Shown here: in pieces, positions 26,201 through 34,656 of the stretch | Layout of the letters: every line of letters starts with the position of its first letter | Numbering within the stretch: the stretch's first letter is position 1 | Assembly (NCBI GenBank): GCA_039586365.1 | Contig: JBDHKN010000051.1 | Span: 1 to 34,656 of the forward strand | Source: Gemmatimonadota bacterium | Lineage (GTDB): Bacteria > Gemmatimonadota > Gemmatimonadetes > Gemmatimonadales > GWC2-71-9 | Length of the DNA: 34,656 nucleotides | Direction: 5' to 3' | The notes under the pieces: generated by a model | What the model was told of the DNA's origin: nothing | Databases searched by the model: none | The model's input: only the letters and a program-made list of their open reading frames with translations | Made by a program: the position numbers and the translations under genes

Positions 26201-28316
26201 AGGCAGGCCCGGGGTTGACCATGTTTGGCGTACTCGAGTGATAGATCGCCTCCCACACCGTTTTCATCCTCCACAGCTGTGCCGTATCGATCATCAACTC
26301 CCCATTGGAGTCGTCAAGTAGACGCACATCGAACGGATGCCATTTGATTTGTAGCTGGACTCCGCTGCTGTCCAAGACCGCTCCGTCGCCCTTCGGTTCT
26401 GGCACGACCGTGAGTTCGGTTCCCTCCAGCCTGGCGTGGAGGATCTTGCCATCGCGGTAGAACCCATCTTCTCCTGGTGACGCGTCGAAGTCGTCACGGT
26501 TCAGGAATAGGCGTTCCTTGACGCGGAATGGCGCTCCCTCCTCAGGACAGTACACCTCACAGTTGGAGCATTCATTGCAGCTGGCATGTAGGACCGCGAG
26601 CTGATGTGTATCGCGAATGGAGAATCCGGTGCCAACCTCTCTGCTGATGCCGTGTCCTGGTCGGACCGTCAACTTCTCTGTCGCCAGTGTGCGCGGAACG
26701 GAGACATAGGCAAAGATCGCATCGTTGGGGCAGGCGGAAATGCAGAGGTCGCAATTGATGCAGTCATAGAGCGACAGTGTACTCTCGATCCGGCGCGGCG
26801 TTTTGCGGTTTGCGTTTGCATGGTAACGCGAATCGTCCACCAGTCTTGAAACTATGTCGCGACCGTTCAGACGGCCGGCTATTCGGGTTGCGTCTAGGAG
26901 CAGGCGCTGGGCATCGAGGTCTGCAGCACGCGCTGCACTGAGCAGCTCTGTGGGCAGTTGGTCAGGCGTGCGCGCAGCGACATTCAACAGTCTGCGACCC
27001 TCACGCAGCCAGACCTCAGTACCGCCGGCCACGCCAGAGAAAGCCGCCTCGACTGCCTCGGCACCATGCCCGTTGGCGGCCAACACGTACGCGTCACGGC
27101 CGCTAACTCCGAGGCGTTCCATTGCTCGACCCAGAGCCCGGAGGTAGCTGGGAAACCGGCCGTATCCTCCTTGGCGCAGCAGGTCGGTACAGGTCGTGAT
27201 AGGTACCATGCCGCAGGCGACGGCGTCCGAGAAGTTTCGCGCGTCGATTCCCGCAGAGAACGACACGGGGAACTCGAGGCCGAGATCCTCGCGGAACCGT
27301 TGCATGAGATTCATCGATATCACGTGCAACGGTGGACCAGAGAGGTACATGTAGGGCTCTCTCTGGGTTGGAAAGAATGCGGGATTGTTGGTGACTACCA
27401 GCGAGTTGGTGAACTTCGCTCCGATGGCCGAACCGTGCCGTTCGGCAAGAGAGCGAAGCTGCCTGAATACTTCGATGGCGTCGTCATATTTGAGGTCCTG
27501 ATCGAACGCGTCACGGCGCAATTCGAGGCTGCCGTAACCCAGCCGCTCGACGAGGAGTTCACTCAATGCCTCGAAGCCGAGCAAGGTCGGATTCAACTTT
27601 ATGGTGGTGTGGAGGCCCAAGGTGCCGATCAAATATCGGGCTATGGACTCGATTTGGTCGGCGGGGCAGCCATGGAAAGTGGAGACCGTTACGCAGTCGG
27701 AGAGTGGCCGCGGCAGACCCACATCACGGAACTCACTGAGGTCTCCTGTCAGCTGCACGCGCAACTCGTCGAACAGCGGCTCCGGTTCCTGCATCATGCG
27801 AATGAAACTGGTGACCTTCTCCGAGCGAATGCCGTCGAGATCGTACCCTATGCTCACATCGAGTACCGTATCGAGCCCGGAATCAGTTGCGAAGACCCCA
27901 AACCCCTTCGTGTCCTTCAGGATCTGGATCAGATATGCGGCCTTGGCGTACTCGAGCGCTGATTCGCGCACCCTCAACTCCTGCGACCACTCCACGTTGA
28001 ATCCCACGTTGGGGACATGAATACAGGGCCGCGGAATATCGAGTCGGTCTCTTACCTGAACGGTCTTGAGTTCGATGATACGGCCGCCGCCAAGCCAAGA
28101 GAGAACGATGTTCTGAGCCAACTGAGTGTGCGGACCTGCTGCGGGGCCTAGAGGGGTAGAGGCAGCCCGGGAGAAGTGCAGGGTGGTGAAGTCATGCTCA
28201 TGCGTGGGGATGTGCCACTTTCTTATCGGAAGGTCGAAGATCGCCTTGCTCACCTCCACCTCGCGCCGCATACGGCGAACCAGGTCTGGAAAAGGAATCG
28301 GGGTGAGAGCTCTCAT
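26193..28316 (-). CDS. ygfK: YgfK-like oxidoreductase: DHOD/PreA-like flavin barrel plus 2x[4Fe-4S] ferredoxin, without a GltD-like domain
   Basis: GPAAGPHTQLAQNI, IELKTVQ, NVEWSQE, STFHGCP, KLNPTLLG and MYLSG motifs of the YgfK N-terminus; CINCDLCISACP and CNECSNCEVYCP; no GxGxxG dinucleotide motif seen. Confidence 0.8.
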   Translation of the reverse strand: MRALTPIPFPDLVRRMRREVEVSKAIFDLPIRKWHIPTHEHDFTTLHFSRAASTPLGPAAGPHTQLAQNIVLSWLGGGRIIELKTVQVRDRLDIPRPCIHVPNVGFNVEWSQELRVRESALEYAKAAYLIQILKDTKGFGVFATDSGLDTVLDVSIGYDLDGIRSEKVTSFIRMMQEPEPLFDELRVQLTGDLSEFRDVGLPRPLSDCVTVSTFHGCPADQIESIARYLIGTLGLHTTIKLNPTLLGFEALSELLVERLGYGSLELRRDAFDQDLKYDDAIEVFRQLRSLAERHGSAIGAKFTNSLVVTNNPAFFPTQREPYMYLSGPPLHVISMNLMQRFREDLGLEFPVSFSAGIDARNFSDAVACGMVPITTCTDLLRQGGYGRFPSYLRALGRAMERLGVSGRDAYVLAANGHGAEAVEAAFSGVAGGTEVWLREGRRLLNVAARTPDQLPTELLSAARAADLDAQRLLLDATRIAGRLNGRDIVSRLVDDSRYHANANRKTPRRIESTLSLYDCINCDLCISACPNDAIFAYVSVPRTLATEKLTVRPGHGISREVGTGFSIRDTHQLAVLHASCNECSNCEVYCPEEGAPFRVKERLFLNRDDFDASPGEDGFYRDGKILHARLEGTELTVVPEPKGDGAVLDSSGVQLQIKWHPFDVRLLDDSNGELMIDTAQLWRMKTVWEAIYHSSTPNMVNPGPAYE

Positions 28317-28356
28317 GGCAGGTACCCAGCCCTACTCCAACGGATCGAAACGTGGT

Positions 28357-31038
28357 TCATCCGGGCTGTTTTGCACGCTGGCGTGACCTCGGGACCGACG
28401 GGCGAGCCGCTACCGCATCGACCATTGGCAGGCTGTAGCGGCGCACACCATCGTAGGCGTGTAACGCGCTCGCAACGGCAGCGGCTGTTGGCACGAGGCC
28501 TATCTCGCCAACCCCCTTTGTGCCATACCCTCCAATTTCATCTTGTACCTCCACGAGAATCACGTCAATCTCCGGAGTGTCCTTGGCTTTCAGTATGCCG
28601 AGGTCCCGCAACAAGACCGAGGCAGGGCGGCCATCGGTACACGGCAGATCTTCCGATAGCGCGTAGCCGAGCCCCATGTGCACCGATCCCTCGATCTGGC
28701 CCACACAGAGGAGGGGGTTGACAGCTCTTCCAACGTCATGGGCGGCGACTACTCTTTCGATTCGGCCCAGGTCGTCGAGAATCACGACCTGGGTGGCGTA
28801 GCTGAACGTTACGTGAGTCTTCGGCTCGTCCGCTGATTCTCCGGGTCTTGTAGTGAAGTCACACACGTACTCGCCGGAGTACTCTCTCCCAGTGAGTTGA
28901 ATTAGATCGCATCGCTCTAGATCGGCAGCGAGCTTGAAAGCGGCCATGCGACCTGCCGCCGTGCCAAGAGCAGTGGCACGGGATGCCGTGGTCATGCCGC
29001 ACTCAACGTCGGGACGACTTACGGCGCGGACGCTCATGATCTTGGTGTCGAGTCCGGTTTCCTCGCTCACGACCTGACAGAGGATCGTGAAGAGTCCCTG
29101 TCCCATCTCGGTGTAGCCAGTCAGTATCTCTAGCCGGGCTCCCTGCTCGACGCGGATAATGACCCGGCCCGTGTCGTCCATTCCATTCCCGATACCGGTG
29201 TTCTTGATACCGCAGGCGATGCCTGCATACCTAGCCGTGCGATACACGTCCTTGACCGCCTCCAACGTGTCACGAATACCACAGCTCGCGGTCATCCGCT
29301 GGCCGGTGGCGAACCTGTCGCCCGGCTCGAGGATGTTCCGTGAGCGGATTTCGTAACCATTGATGCCGACCTTCTCGGCAATCACGTCCAATACACCCTC
29401 GATGGCGAACGCGGCTTGGTTGACGCCGAAACCCCTCATGGCCCCCGACGGAGGGTTGTTGGTGTAGACAGTCTTTGCCGCCACATCCACGTTGGGTACG
29501 CGGTACGGTCCGCACGAATGACCAGCGGCACGTTCCAGCACCTTGGCCCCCACGGAAGCATACGCCCCGGTGTCGCCGATGATGTGTGCGCGTACTGCGA
29601 GCAGCTTACCCTGACTGTCGGCGCCGACAACGTAGTGCAGCTTCAGAGGATGTCGCTTCGGATGCATCTTGATAGACTGCTCTCGGGTGAGGACGGTCTT
29701 GACCGGATTCCCCAAGTACAGCGCCGCAAGCGCCGTCTGGGCCTGTATGGACAGGTCCTCTTTGCCTCCGAATGCTCCGCCGTTGGAGACAAGCTCGACT
29801 TCGATGCGATCGAGCTCGATGCCGAGCACTGCCGCTATCGCCCGCTGATCTTCATGTACCCCCTGGCCTTGGGAGTAGATCTTCAGCCGATCACCGAGCG
29901 GCACGGCAAGGCACGCTTCTGGTTCCAGGTAGGCGTGCTCTACCCGTTGCGTCACGAATGTCCGTTCGATGATGTGGTTCGACTGGGCGAGCGCGGCGTC
30001 AACGTCACCGCGCGAAAACGCGCATACGTCGAGTAGGTTACCGGTGTCGTGTACCTGAGGTGCGTCCGGTTCCAGCGCAACTTGCGGATCGGTAACCGGC
30101 TCGAGCACTTCGTATTCGACGCGTATCGCTGCCGCGGCTTGGCGAGCATGGCGGACTGTGTCCGCAACAACCAGTGCGATCACATCGCCCACGCAACGGG
30201 TCGTTTCTCCTGCTGCCACGAACACCGGCCAGTCCTTCACGATGAGGCCAGTGTACCGCTCACCCACTACGTCTTCTGCAGTGAACACGCGCTGCACACC
30301 AGGCATAGTGATAGTTGCAGTGGCGTCGATGTTGACGACCTTGGCGCGCGGGTGCTCGCTCAGCACGACGGCGCCGTGCAGCATACCGGCGGCAGCGAGA
30401 TCCCCAACGTAATCCTTCTCTCCCAGAGCGTGCTCCAGACCGCGGTACTTGGGACTTGACCTGCCCACGCCGTCACCGTGCAAGCCTTCATGCGGTACGG
30501 CTTTACGACCAAGGCCAAAGTCTTCGCCGAAAAACCGTGACCGGCGCGGCTCGGTGCGTGCTAGGTCACCGCCGTTGTCCCATATCTCTCCCGCTGTCTG
30601 AATTGCATCGAGGATGCGCAGATAACCAGTGCATCTACAGAGGTGCCCCGACAGAGCCTTCGCCACCGCCTTCCGATTCCGGGTGCGGCCGGACGACAGC
30701 AATGAAGCTGCGCGTGCCACGATGCCTGGGATACAGTAACCACACTGGATTGCGCCCTCTTGGACGAACGCTCGCGCCAGGGCCTGACGTTGTCGCTGCG
30801 GGAGCCCCTCTAGCGTGATGATGTCACGACCCTCCAGCTGTTTTGCCTGCCTGAGACACGCGAGAGCGGGGCGGTTGTCTATTAGTATAGTGCAGCAGCC
30901 GCAGTATCCTTGAGGGGCGCAGCCGTCCTTGGGGGACTTGATGCCACATTGGTCCCGAAGCACCTCGAGGACTTGCATGCCTGCTTCGAAGGTTGCTGTG
31001 GTACTCGATCCGTTTAGGGTGAAGTTGACCTTGGGCAT
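28357..31038 (-). CDS. Molybdenum hydroxylase with fused 2x[2Fe-2S] and Moco domains ('selenium-dependent xanthine dehydrogenase'/XdhD-like)
   Basis: GCAPQGYCGCC, QCGYCIPG and LCRCTGY; GGAFGGKED, GAMRGFG, TEMGQG, TTASR, GQIEG and KGVGE; no FAD domain. Confidence 0.88.
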   Translation of the reverse strand: MPKVNFTLNGSSTTATFEAGMQVLEVLRDQCGIKSPKDGCAPQGYCGCCTILIDNRPALACLRQAKQLEGRDIITLEGLPQRQRQALARAFVQEGAIQCGYCIPGIVARAASLLSSGRTRNRKAVAKALSGHLCRCTGYLRILDAIQTAGEIWDNGGDLARTEPRRSRFFGEDFGLGRKAVPHEGLHGDGVGRSSPKYRGLEHALGEKDYVGDLAAAGMLHGAVVLSEHPRAKVVNIDATATITMPGVQRVFTAEDVVGERYTGLIVKDWPVFVAAGETTRCVGDVIALVVADTVRHARQAAAAIRVEYEVLEPVTDPQVALEPDAPQVHDTGNLLDVCAFSRGDVDAALAQSNHIIERTFVTQRVEHAYLEPEACLAVPLGDRLKIYSQGQGVHEDQRAIAAVLGIELDRIEVELVSNGGAFGGKEDLSIQAQTALAALYLGNPVKTVLTREQSIKMHPKRHPLKLHYVVGADSQGKLLAVRAHIIGDTGAYASVGAKVLERAAGHSCGPYRVPNVDVAAKTVYTNNPPSGAMRGFGVNQAAFAIEGVLDVIAEKVGINGYEIRSRNILEPGDRFATGQRMTASCGIRDTLEAVKDVYRTARYAGIACGIKNTGIGNGMDDTGRVIIRVEQGARLEILTGYTEMGQGLFTILCQVVSEETGLDTKIMSVRAVSRPDVECGMTTASRATALGTAAGRMAAFKLAADLERCDLIQLTGREYSGEYVCDFTTRPGESADEPKTHVTFSYATQVVILDDLGRIERVVAAHDVGRAVNPLLCVGQIEGSVHMGLGYALSEDLPCTDGRPASVLLRDLGILKAKDTPEIDVILVEVQDEIGGYGTKGVGEIGLVPTAAAVASALHAYDGVRRYSLPMVDAVAARPSVPRSRQRAKQPG

Positions 31039-31084
31039 CTTCTTGACCTAGGAGACCGGGTCTTTGCTCTCAGCACGGCAAGCT

Positions 31085-31552
31085 CTAGTACGTAAGCTTG
31101 TCGGGTTTCTCTTCCCAAGCCTGAAAGGCTGCTATCGCTTCTGCTCCCAATAGGCGGATTGCGGGAATGGTGCGCTCTTCCCCCTGGTGCCCCAGCTCAG
31201 TGTATAGAAAAGCGTCATCGAAACCGATGCGTGCAGCATCGTCGCGGGTATTGGCGAAGTAGATGCGGTCGAGCCGCGCCCAGTAGATGGCGGCGAGACA
31301 CATTGGGCAAGGTTCGCAACTGCAATAGATCTCGCAACCATTCAGGCGATAGCTGTCCAGCACATTGCAGGCTTCCCGTATTGCCACCACCTCGGCGTGT
31401 GCGGTAGGATCGTTGGTCGACGTTACTCTATTGCGCCCTTCAGCTACTATGCGACCGTCCTTCGAAATAACGGAACCGAACGGCCCACCGCCATGTTGCA
31501 GTGCCTCCGCGGATAGCGCAATTGCGCGACGCATGAGCTCAACTTGGTCCAT
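31085..31552 (-). CDS. guaD: Nucleoside/guanine deaminase of the cytidine-deaminase fold (Bacillus GuaD-type)
   Basis: GGPFG, DPTAHAE, SCEPCPMCLAAIYWAR, IGFDD and a C-terminal Tyr; located between xanthine dehydrogenase genes. Confidence 0.85.
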   Translation of the reverse strand: MDQVELMRRAIALSAEALQHGGGPFGSVISKDGRIVAEGRNRVTSTNDPTAHAEVVAIREACNVLDSYRLNGCEIYCSCEPCPMCLAAIYWARLDRIYFANTRDDAARIGFDDAFLYTELGHQGEERTIPAIRLLGAEAIAAFQAWEEKPDKLTY

Positions 31553-31585
31553 GGTGCCTCTACGGGTTTATGTCCCGGACGGTGG

Positions 31586-33907
31586 TCAGCACTCTCCTGG
31601 GCCCAGCTTCAGTCGCTCGATCGCCAACAGCACCCGTTCAGGCGTAGCAGGGGCATCCAGCTTGGGACTCAGTGCGTAATCGCATACACTGGCGATTGCG
31701 TCCTTGATGGCGTGGAACACCGAGATCGCAAGCATGAAAGGCGGCTCGCCCACCGCTCTCGAGTGACCGATAACGTCCTCCCGCTGCTGTCCTGAGGTGT
31801 AGAGCCTGACCCTGAAATCCGGAGGAACGTCTCCACAGGTCGGAATCTTGTAGGTAGAGGGCCCGTGTGTTTGTAGTCGGCCAGCCGCGTCCCAGCAGAG
31901 TTCTTCCGTAGTCAGCCACCCCATCCCCTGGACAAAACCGCCCTCTACCTGCCCCAGCGCGATGGCAGGATTGATTGGCTTGCCGGCGTCATGCAGTACG
32001 TCCACTCGGAGCACACGGTACTCGCCAGTCAGGGTGTCGATGATCACCTCCGAGACTGCTGCGCCATAAGCGAAGTAGAAGAAGGGACGACCGCGGGCCT
32101 GCTCGCGATCGAAGTATATCTTGGGAGTACGGTAATGCCCGGTCGCCGAGAGCGATACACGAGCGCGGTGCGCGAGTTTAACCAGTTCAACGAATGAGAG
32201 TTGCCGAGTGCCTGCCAGGACCTCGTTGGCGCGGAATGTCACCTGCGCCGGCTCCACGTCGAAACGCTCAGCGGCAAACCTGACCAGTCGATCCTTTATG
32301 GTCCGCGCTGCCGCTTGTGCTGCCTTGCCATTAAGGTCTGTCCCCGACGACGCTGCGGTGGCTGACGTGTTGGGCACCTTGCTAGTATTGGTCGCGGTGA
32401 TCTTGATGTTGTGAACGTCTATCTGAAACTCTTCCGCAACAATCTGTGCTATGTTGGTGAATAGGCCCTGGCCCATTTCTGTACCACCGTGGTTTAGGTG
32501 GACACTTCCATCGGTGTACACGTGAATCAGCGCGCCCGCTTGATTGAGCGGAGCGGTAGTGAACGAGATCCCAAATTTGACCGGCGTGAGTGCTATTCCT
32601 CTCTTCAGTACTGGACTACCGCTGTTGAAGGATCGGATCTCCTGACACCTGGCGCGGTAGTCCGATCCGTGTTCGAGGTCACTCACCAGGTCGTCCAGCT
32701 CGTTGTCCTCGACTTGCATGTGGTATGGCGTGATATCCCGTTCTCCAGTTCCGTAGAAGTTGGTCTTGCGTACGTCGAGCGGGTCCTTGTCCAGATACCT
32801 GGCGATTTCGTCGATTACATATTCGATGCCCATCATAGCCTGTGGAGCACCGAAACCACGCATCGCCGTGTTGGATACAGTATTGGTCTTGCAGCGCAGT
32901 GAAGTGAGGGTGACGTTGTCGAGATAATAGCAGTTGTCCGCGTGGAACATGGCTCGATCGTTGACCGGTCCCGATAGATCGGCGGACATTCCACACCGAG
33001 ATGCCAGCTGTATCTCGATGCCCAGTATCGTGCCGTTGTCGTCAAATCCCACGTCGTAGTCGATCAGGAAATCGTGCCGCTTGCCAGTTATGATCATGTC
33101 GTCGTCACGATCCAGTCGCAGATTGACCGGACGCCCTGTCTTGTTAGCCAATAGGGCTGCAACGCAAGCGACCAAAGCCGCCTGGGTCTCCTTGCCGCCG
33201 AACGCTCCACCCAACCTGCGAACTTCGGTGGTCACAGCGCTATCCGGGCGACCCAATACGCTCGCCACTAGATGTTGCACTTCCGAAGGATGCTGGGTTG
33301 AGCTGTATACCAGCATGTCACCGTCTTCTTGCGGGACGGCGAGGGCTACGTGGCCCTCCAAGTAGAGGTGGTCCTGTCCCCCGGTTGCCAGTCGACCGCT
33401 CAGCCGGTGGGGTGCATCAGCCAGCGCTGCGGCGGAATCTCCCCGCTTCATGGTGTATGGAGGTAAAACGAAGTGTTGCTTGGCCAGCGCTTCCTCGATC
33501 GTGAGGATAGGTATGAGCTCTTCATAATCTACGATCGCGCGAGTCGCGGCCCGCCTAGCACTCTCAACATCACGAGCGGCAACCGCAAACAAGGACTGGC
33601 CAACACACTCTACAACATCGGTAGCGAACACCGGCTCGCCGGCCACGACCGGGCCGATGTCGTTGGCCCCCGGGATATTCCGGGCTGTGATCACAGTCAC
33701 GACGCCAGGCGTTGCCTCCACCAGCGACGTATCCAGCTGCTTGATGCGGGCATGAGCCCGTGTGCTGGTTCCAATTGCGGCGTACAAGAGATCTTGGTGT
33801 GCTCGGATGTCGTCCGTGTATATGGCCTCTCCAGTTACGTGTTTATAGGCGCTGTCATGTGGCAACGGAACGCGTAGGCCACCCACGATCGCTCGATTCC
33901 CGGTCAT
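31586..33907 (-). CDS. xdhB: Xanthine dehydrogenase molybdopterin-binding subunit (Rhodobacter/Pseudomonas type)
   Basis: HDSAYKHVTGEAIYTDD, GQDHLYLE, SSTQHP, GGAFGGKETQ, DRA, RGFG, KFGISFT, GGTEMGQG, NTSATAASSG and VGEPP motifs. ATG 33907 overlaps the xdhA stop (ATGA). Confidence 0.95.
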   Translation of the reverse strand: MTGNRAIVGGLRVPLPHDSAYKHVTGEAIYTDDIRAHQDLLYAAIGTSTRAHARIKQLDTSLVEATPGVVTVITARNIPGANDIGPVVAGEPVFATDVVECVGQSLFAVAARDVESARRAATRAIVDYEELIPILTIEEALAKQHFVLPPYTMKRGDSAAALADAPHRLSGRLATGGQDHLYLEGHVALAVPQEDGDMLVYSSTQHPSEVQHLVASVLGRPDSAVTTEVRRLGGAFGGKETQAALVACVAALLANKTGRPVNLRLDRDDDMIITGKRHDFLIDYDVGFDDNGTILGIEIQLASRCGMSADLSGPVNDRAMFHADNCYYLDNVTLTSLRCKTNTVSNTAMRGFGAPQAMMGIEYVIDEIARYLDKDPLDVRKTNFYGTGERDITPYHMQVEDNELDDLVSDLEHGSDYRARCQEIRSFNSGSPVLKRGIALTPVKFGISFTTAPLNQAGALIHVYTDGSVHLNHGGTEMGQGLFTNIAQIVAEEFQIDVHNIKITATNTSKVPNTSATAASSGTDLNGKAAQAAARTIKDRLVRFAAERFDVEPAQVTFRANEVLAGTRQLSFVELVKLAHRARVSLSATGHYRTPKIYFDREQARGRPFFYFAYGAAVSEVIIDTLTGEYRVLRVDVLHDAGKPINPAIALGQVEGGFVQGMGWLTTEELCWDAAGRLQTHGPSTYKIPTCGDVPPDFRVRLYTSGQQREDVIGHSRAVGEPPFMLAISVFHAIKDAIASVCDYALSPKLDAPATPERVLLAIERLKLGPGEC

Positions 33908-34656
33908 GCCGCGTCGCCGCTGTAGTTGAGTACACGGGTCTGCCTCACCTCGCCCGTGCTTTCGAGATAGAACTTGAGCAGCAAGTTCCGCGCGACGAGA
34001 TGACGGTAGACACTGCTGGCGCGGAAATCCGCTATAGGTGTGAAGTCTCGCTCGAGAGCGGAGCATGCCGAGTTCACGGAGTCGCGTGTCCAGTCGGTCC
34101 CGATCAGTGCTCTCTCGGATTCGGTCGCCCGCTTTGGAGTTGCAGCCATCCCGCCATAGCAGATTCGAACGTCCTTCACCTGCCGTCCGTCCAGTTGAAG
34201 GCTGTAGGCAGCGCAGACCGACGAAATATCCTGATCGAAGCGTTTCGAGACCTTGTAGGCACTGAACAGGCGCTGATGGCCGTAAATGGGGATGCGGATC
34301 TTCTCGATGAATTCTCCCGCTGCGATAGCAGTTCTTCGGTATGCGAGGAAGAAATCGTCTAGATTCACTTCTCGAGTTTGGTCTCCGTGACGAAGTACTA
34401 CGCTTGCTCCCAGTGCCATCAACGGAGGAATAGAGTCGCCGATCGGAGACGCGGTGGCGATGTTGCCGCCCACAGTACCCATGTTCCGGATCTGAACCGC
34501 TCCAACGCGCCGCAGCAATTCGCCACAATCAGGGTAGTGAGATGCCAAGACAGCGGAGGCATCCCTGTAGGTTGCTGCCGCACCGATCTCGAGGTGCGTC
34601 GGCGTAGTCGTTATCTGCTCCAGTTCGGGGATATCACCTAGGTAGATCAAGGTATC
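33904..34656 (-). CDS. xdhA: Xanthine dehydrogenase small (FAD/Fe-S) subunit, C-terminal part (5' end outside the window)
   Basis: QIRNMGTVGGNIATASPIGD, YKVSKRFDQDISSVC, YGGMAATPKRA and DFRASSVYR motifs. Confidence 0.93.
   Translation of the reverse strand, partial: DTLIYLGDIPELEQITTTPTHLEIGAAATYRDASAVLASHYPDCGELLRRVGAVQIRNMGTVGGNIATASPIGDSIPPLMALGASVVLRHGDQTREVNLDDFFLAYRRTAIAAGEFIEKIRIPIYGHQRLFSAYKVSKRFDQDISSVCAAYSLQLDGRQVKDVRICYGGMAATPKRATESERALIGTDWTRDSVNSACSALERDFTPIADFRASSVYRHLVARNLLLKFYLESTGEVRQTRVLNYSGDAA

Noticed and set aside
26958..27962. 334-aa plus-strand ORF
   Set aside because: Antisense shadow of the ygfK-like gene.
24839..31038. Selenocysteine read-through at the TGA stops of ssnA, ygfK-like and the Mo hydroxylase
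   Set aside because: Each protein appears complete at its TGA with the next gene close behind, and Se-dependent Mo hydroxylases use a labile Se cofactor rather than Sec.
33908..34528. 207-aa N-terminal extension of XdhB (980-aa ORF), suggesting a fusion or frameshift
   Set aside because: It overlaps xdhA in another frame and is low-complexity Arg/Ser-rich; the real start is the ATGA-coupled ATG at 33907.
1..34656. CRISPR arrays, tRNA/rRNA, IS elements, integrases and defence systems
   Set aside because: None seen: no spaced direct repeats, cloverleafs or transposase/recombinase motifs.

Overview
GC-rich bacterial window, densely coding. The TonB-dependent receptor indicates a diderm, and the small-protein and permease types suggest a Gemmatimonadota/Acidobacteriota-like organism (inference only). 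I found no rRNA, tRNA, CRISPR array or transposase. The left half (1-18.2 kb) is mixed: a secreted Arg-rich protein missed by the ORF track, behind an apparent sigma54 promoter; two paralogous secreted M28/DUF4910-like metallohydrolases; malonyl-CoA decarboxylase converging on an aminotransferase-thiolase-CoA-transferase operon; a lipoprotein plus TonB-dependent receptor; a truncated ABC-permease remnant next to heptamer repeats; glycerol-3-phosphate dehydrogenase; and a P-loop kinase/ATPase. The right half (18.4-34.7 kb) is a purine-catabolism locus. A tight minus-strand operon runs xdhA-xdhB-guanine deaminase-'Se-dependent'-type Mo hydroxylase-YgfK-like-ssnA-PLP enzyme-ygeY-ygeW-like-ThrC-like, with hydA converging on it. 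It resembles the anaerobic reductive urate/2,8-dioxopurine cluster of gut bacteria but is rewired. It includes a Pseudomonas/Rhodobacter-type XdhAB, its YgfK lacks the NAD(P)H/FAD module, and two unrelated fold-type-II PLP enzymes sit where YgeX/DpaL is expected. This variant pathway is the best candidate for an undescribed system. All family calls come from motif recognition by eye, not database searches.
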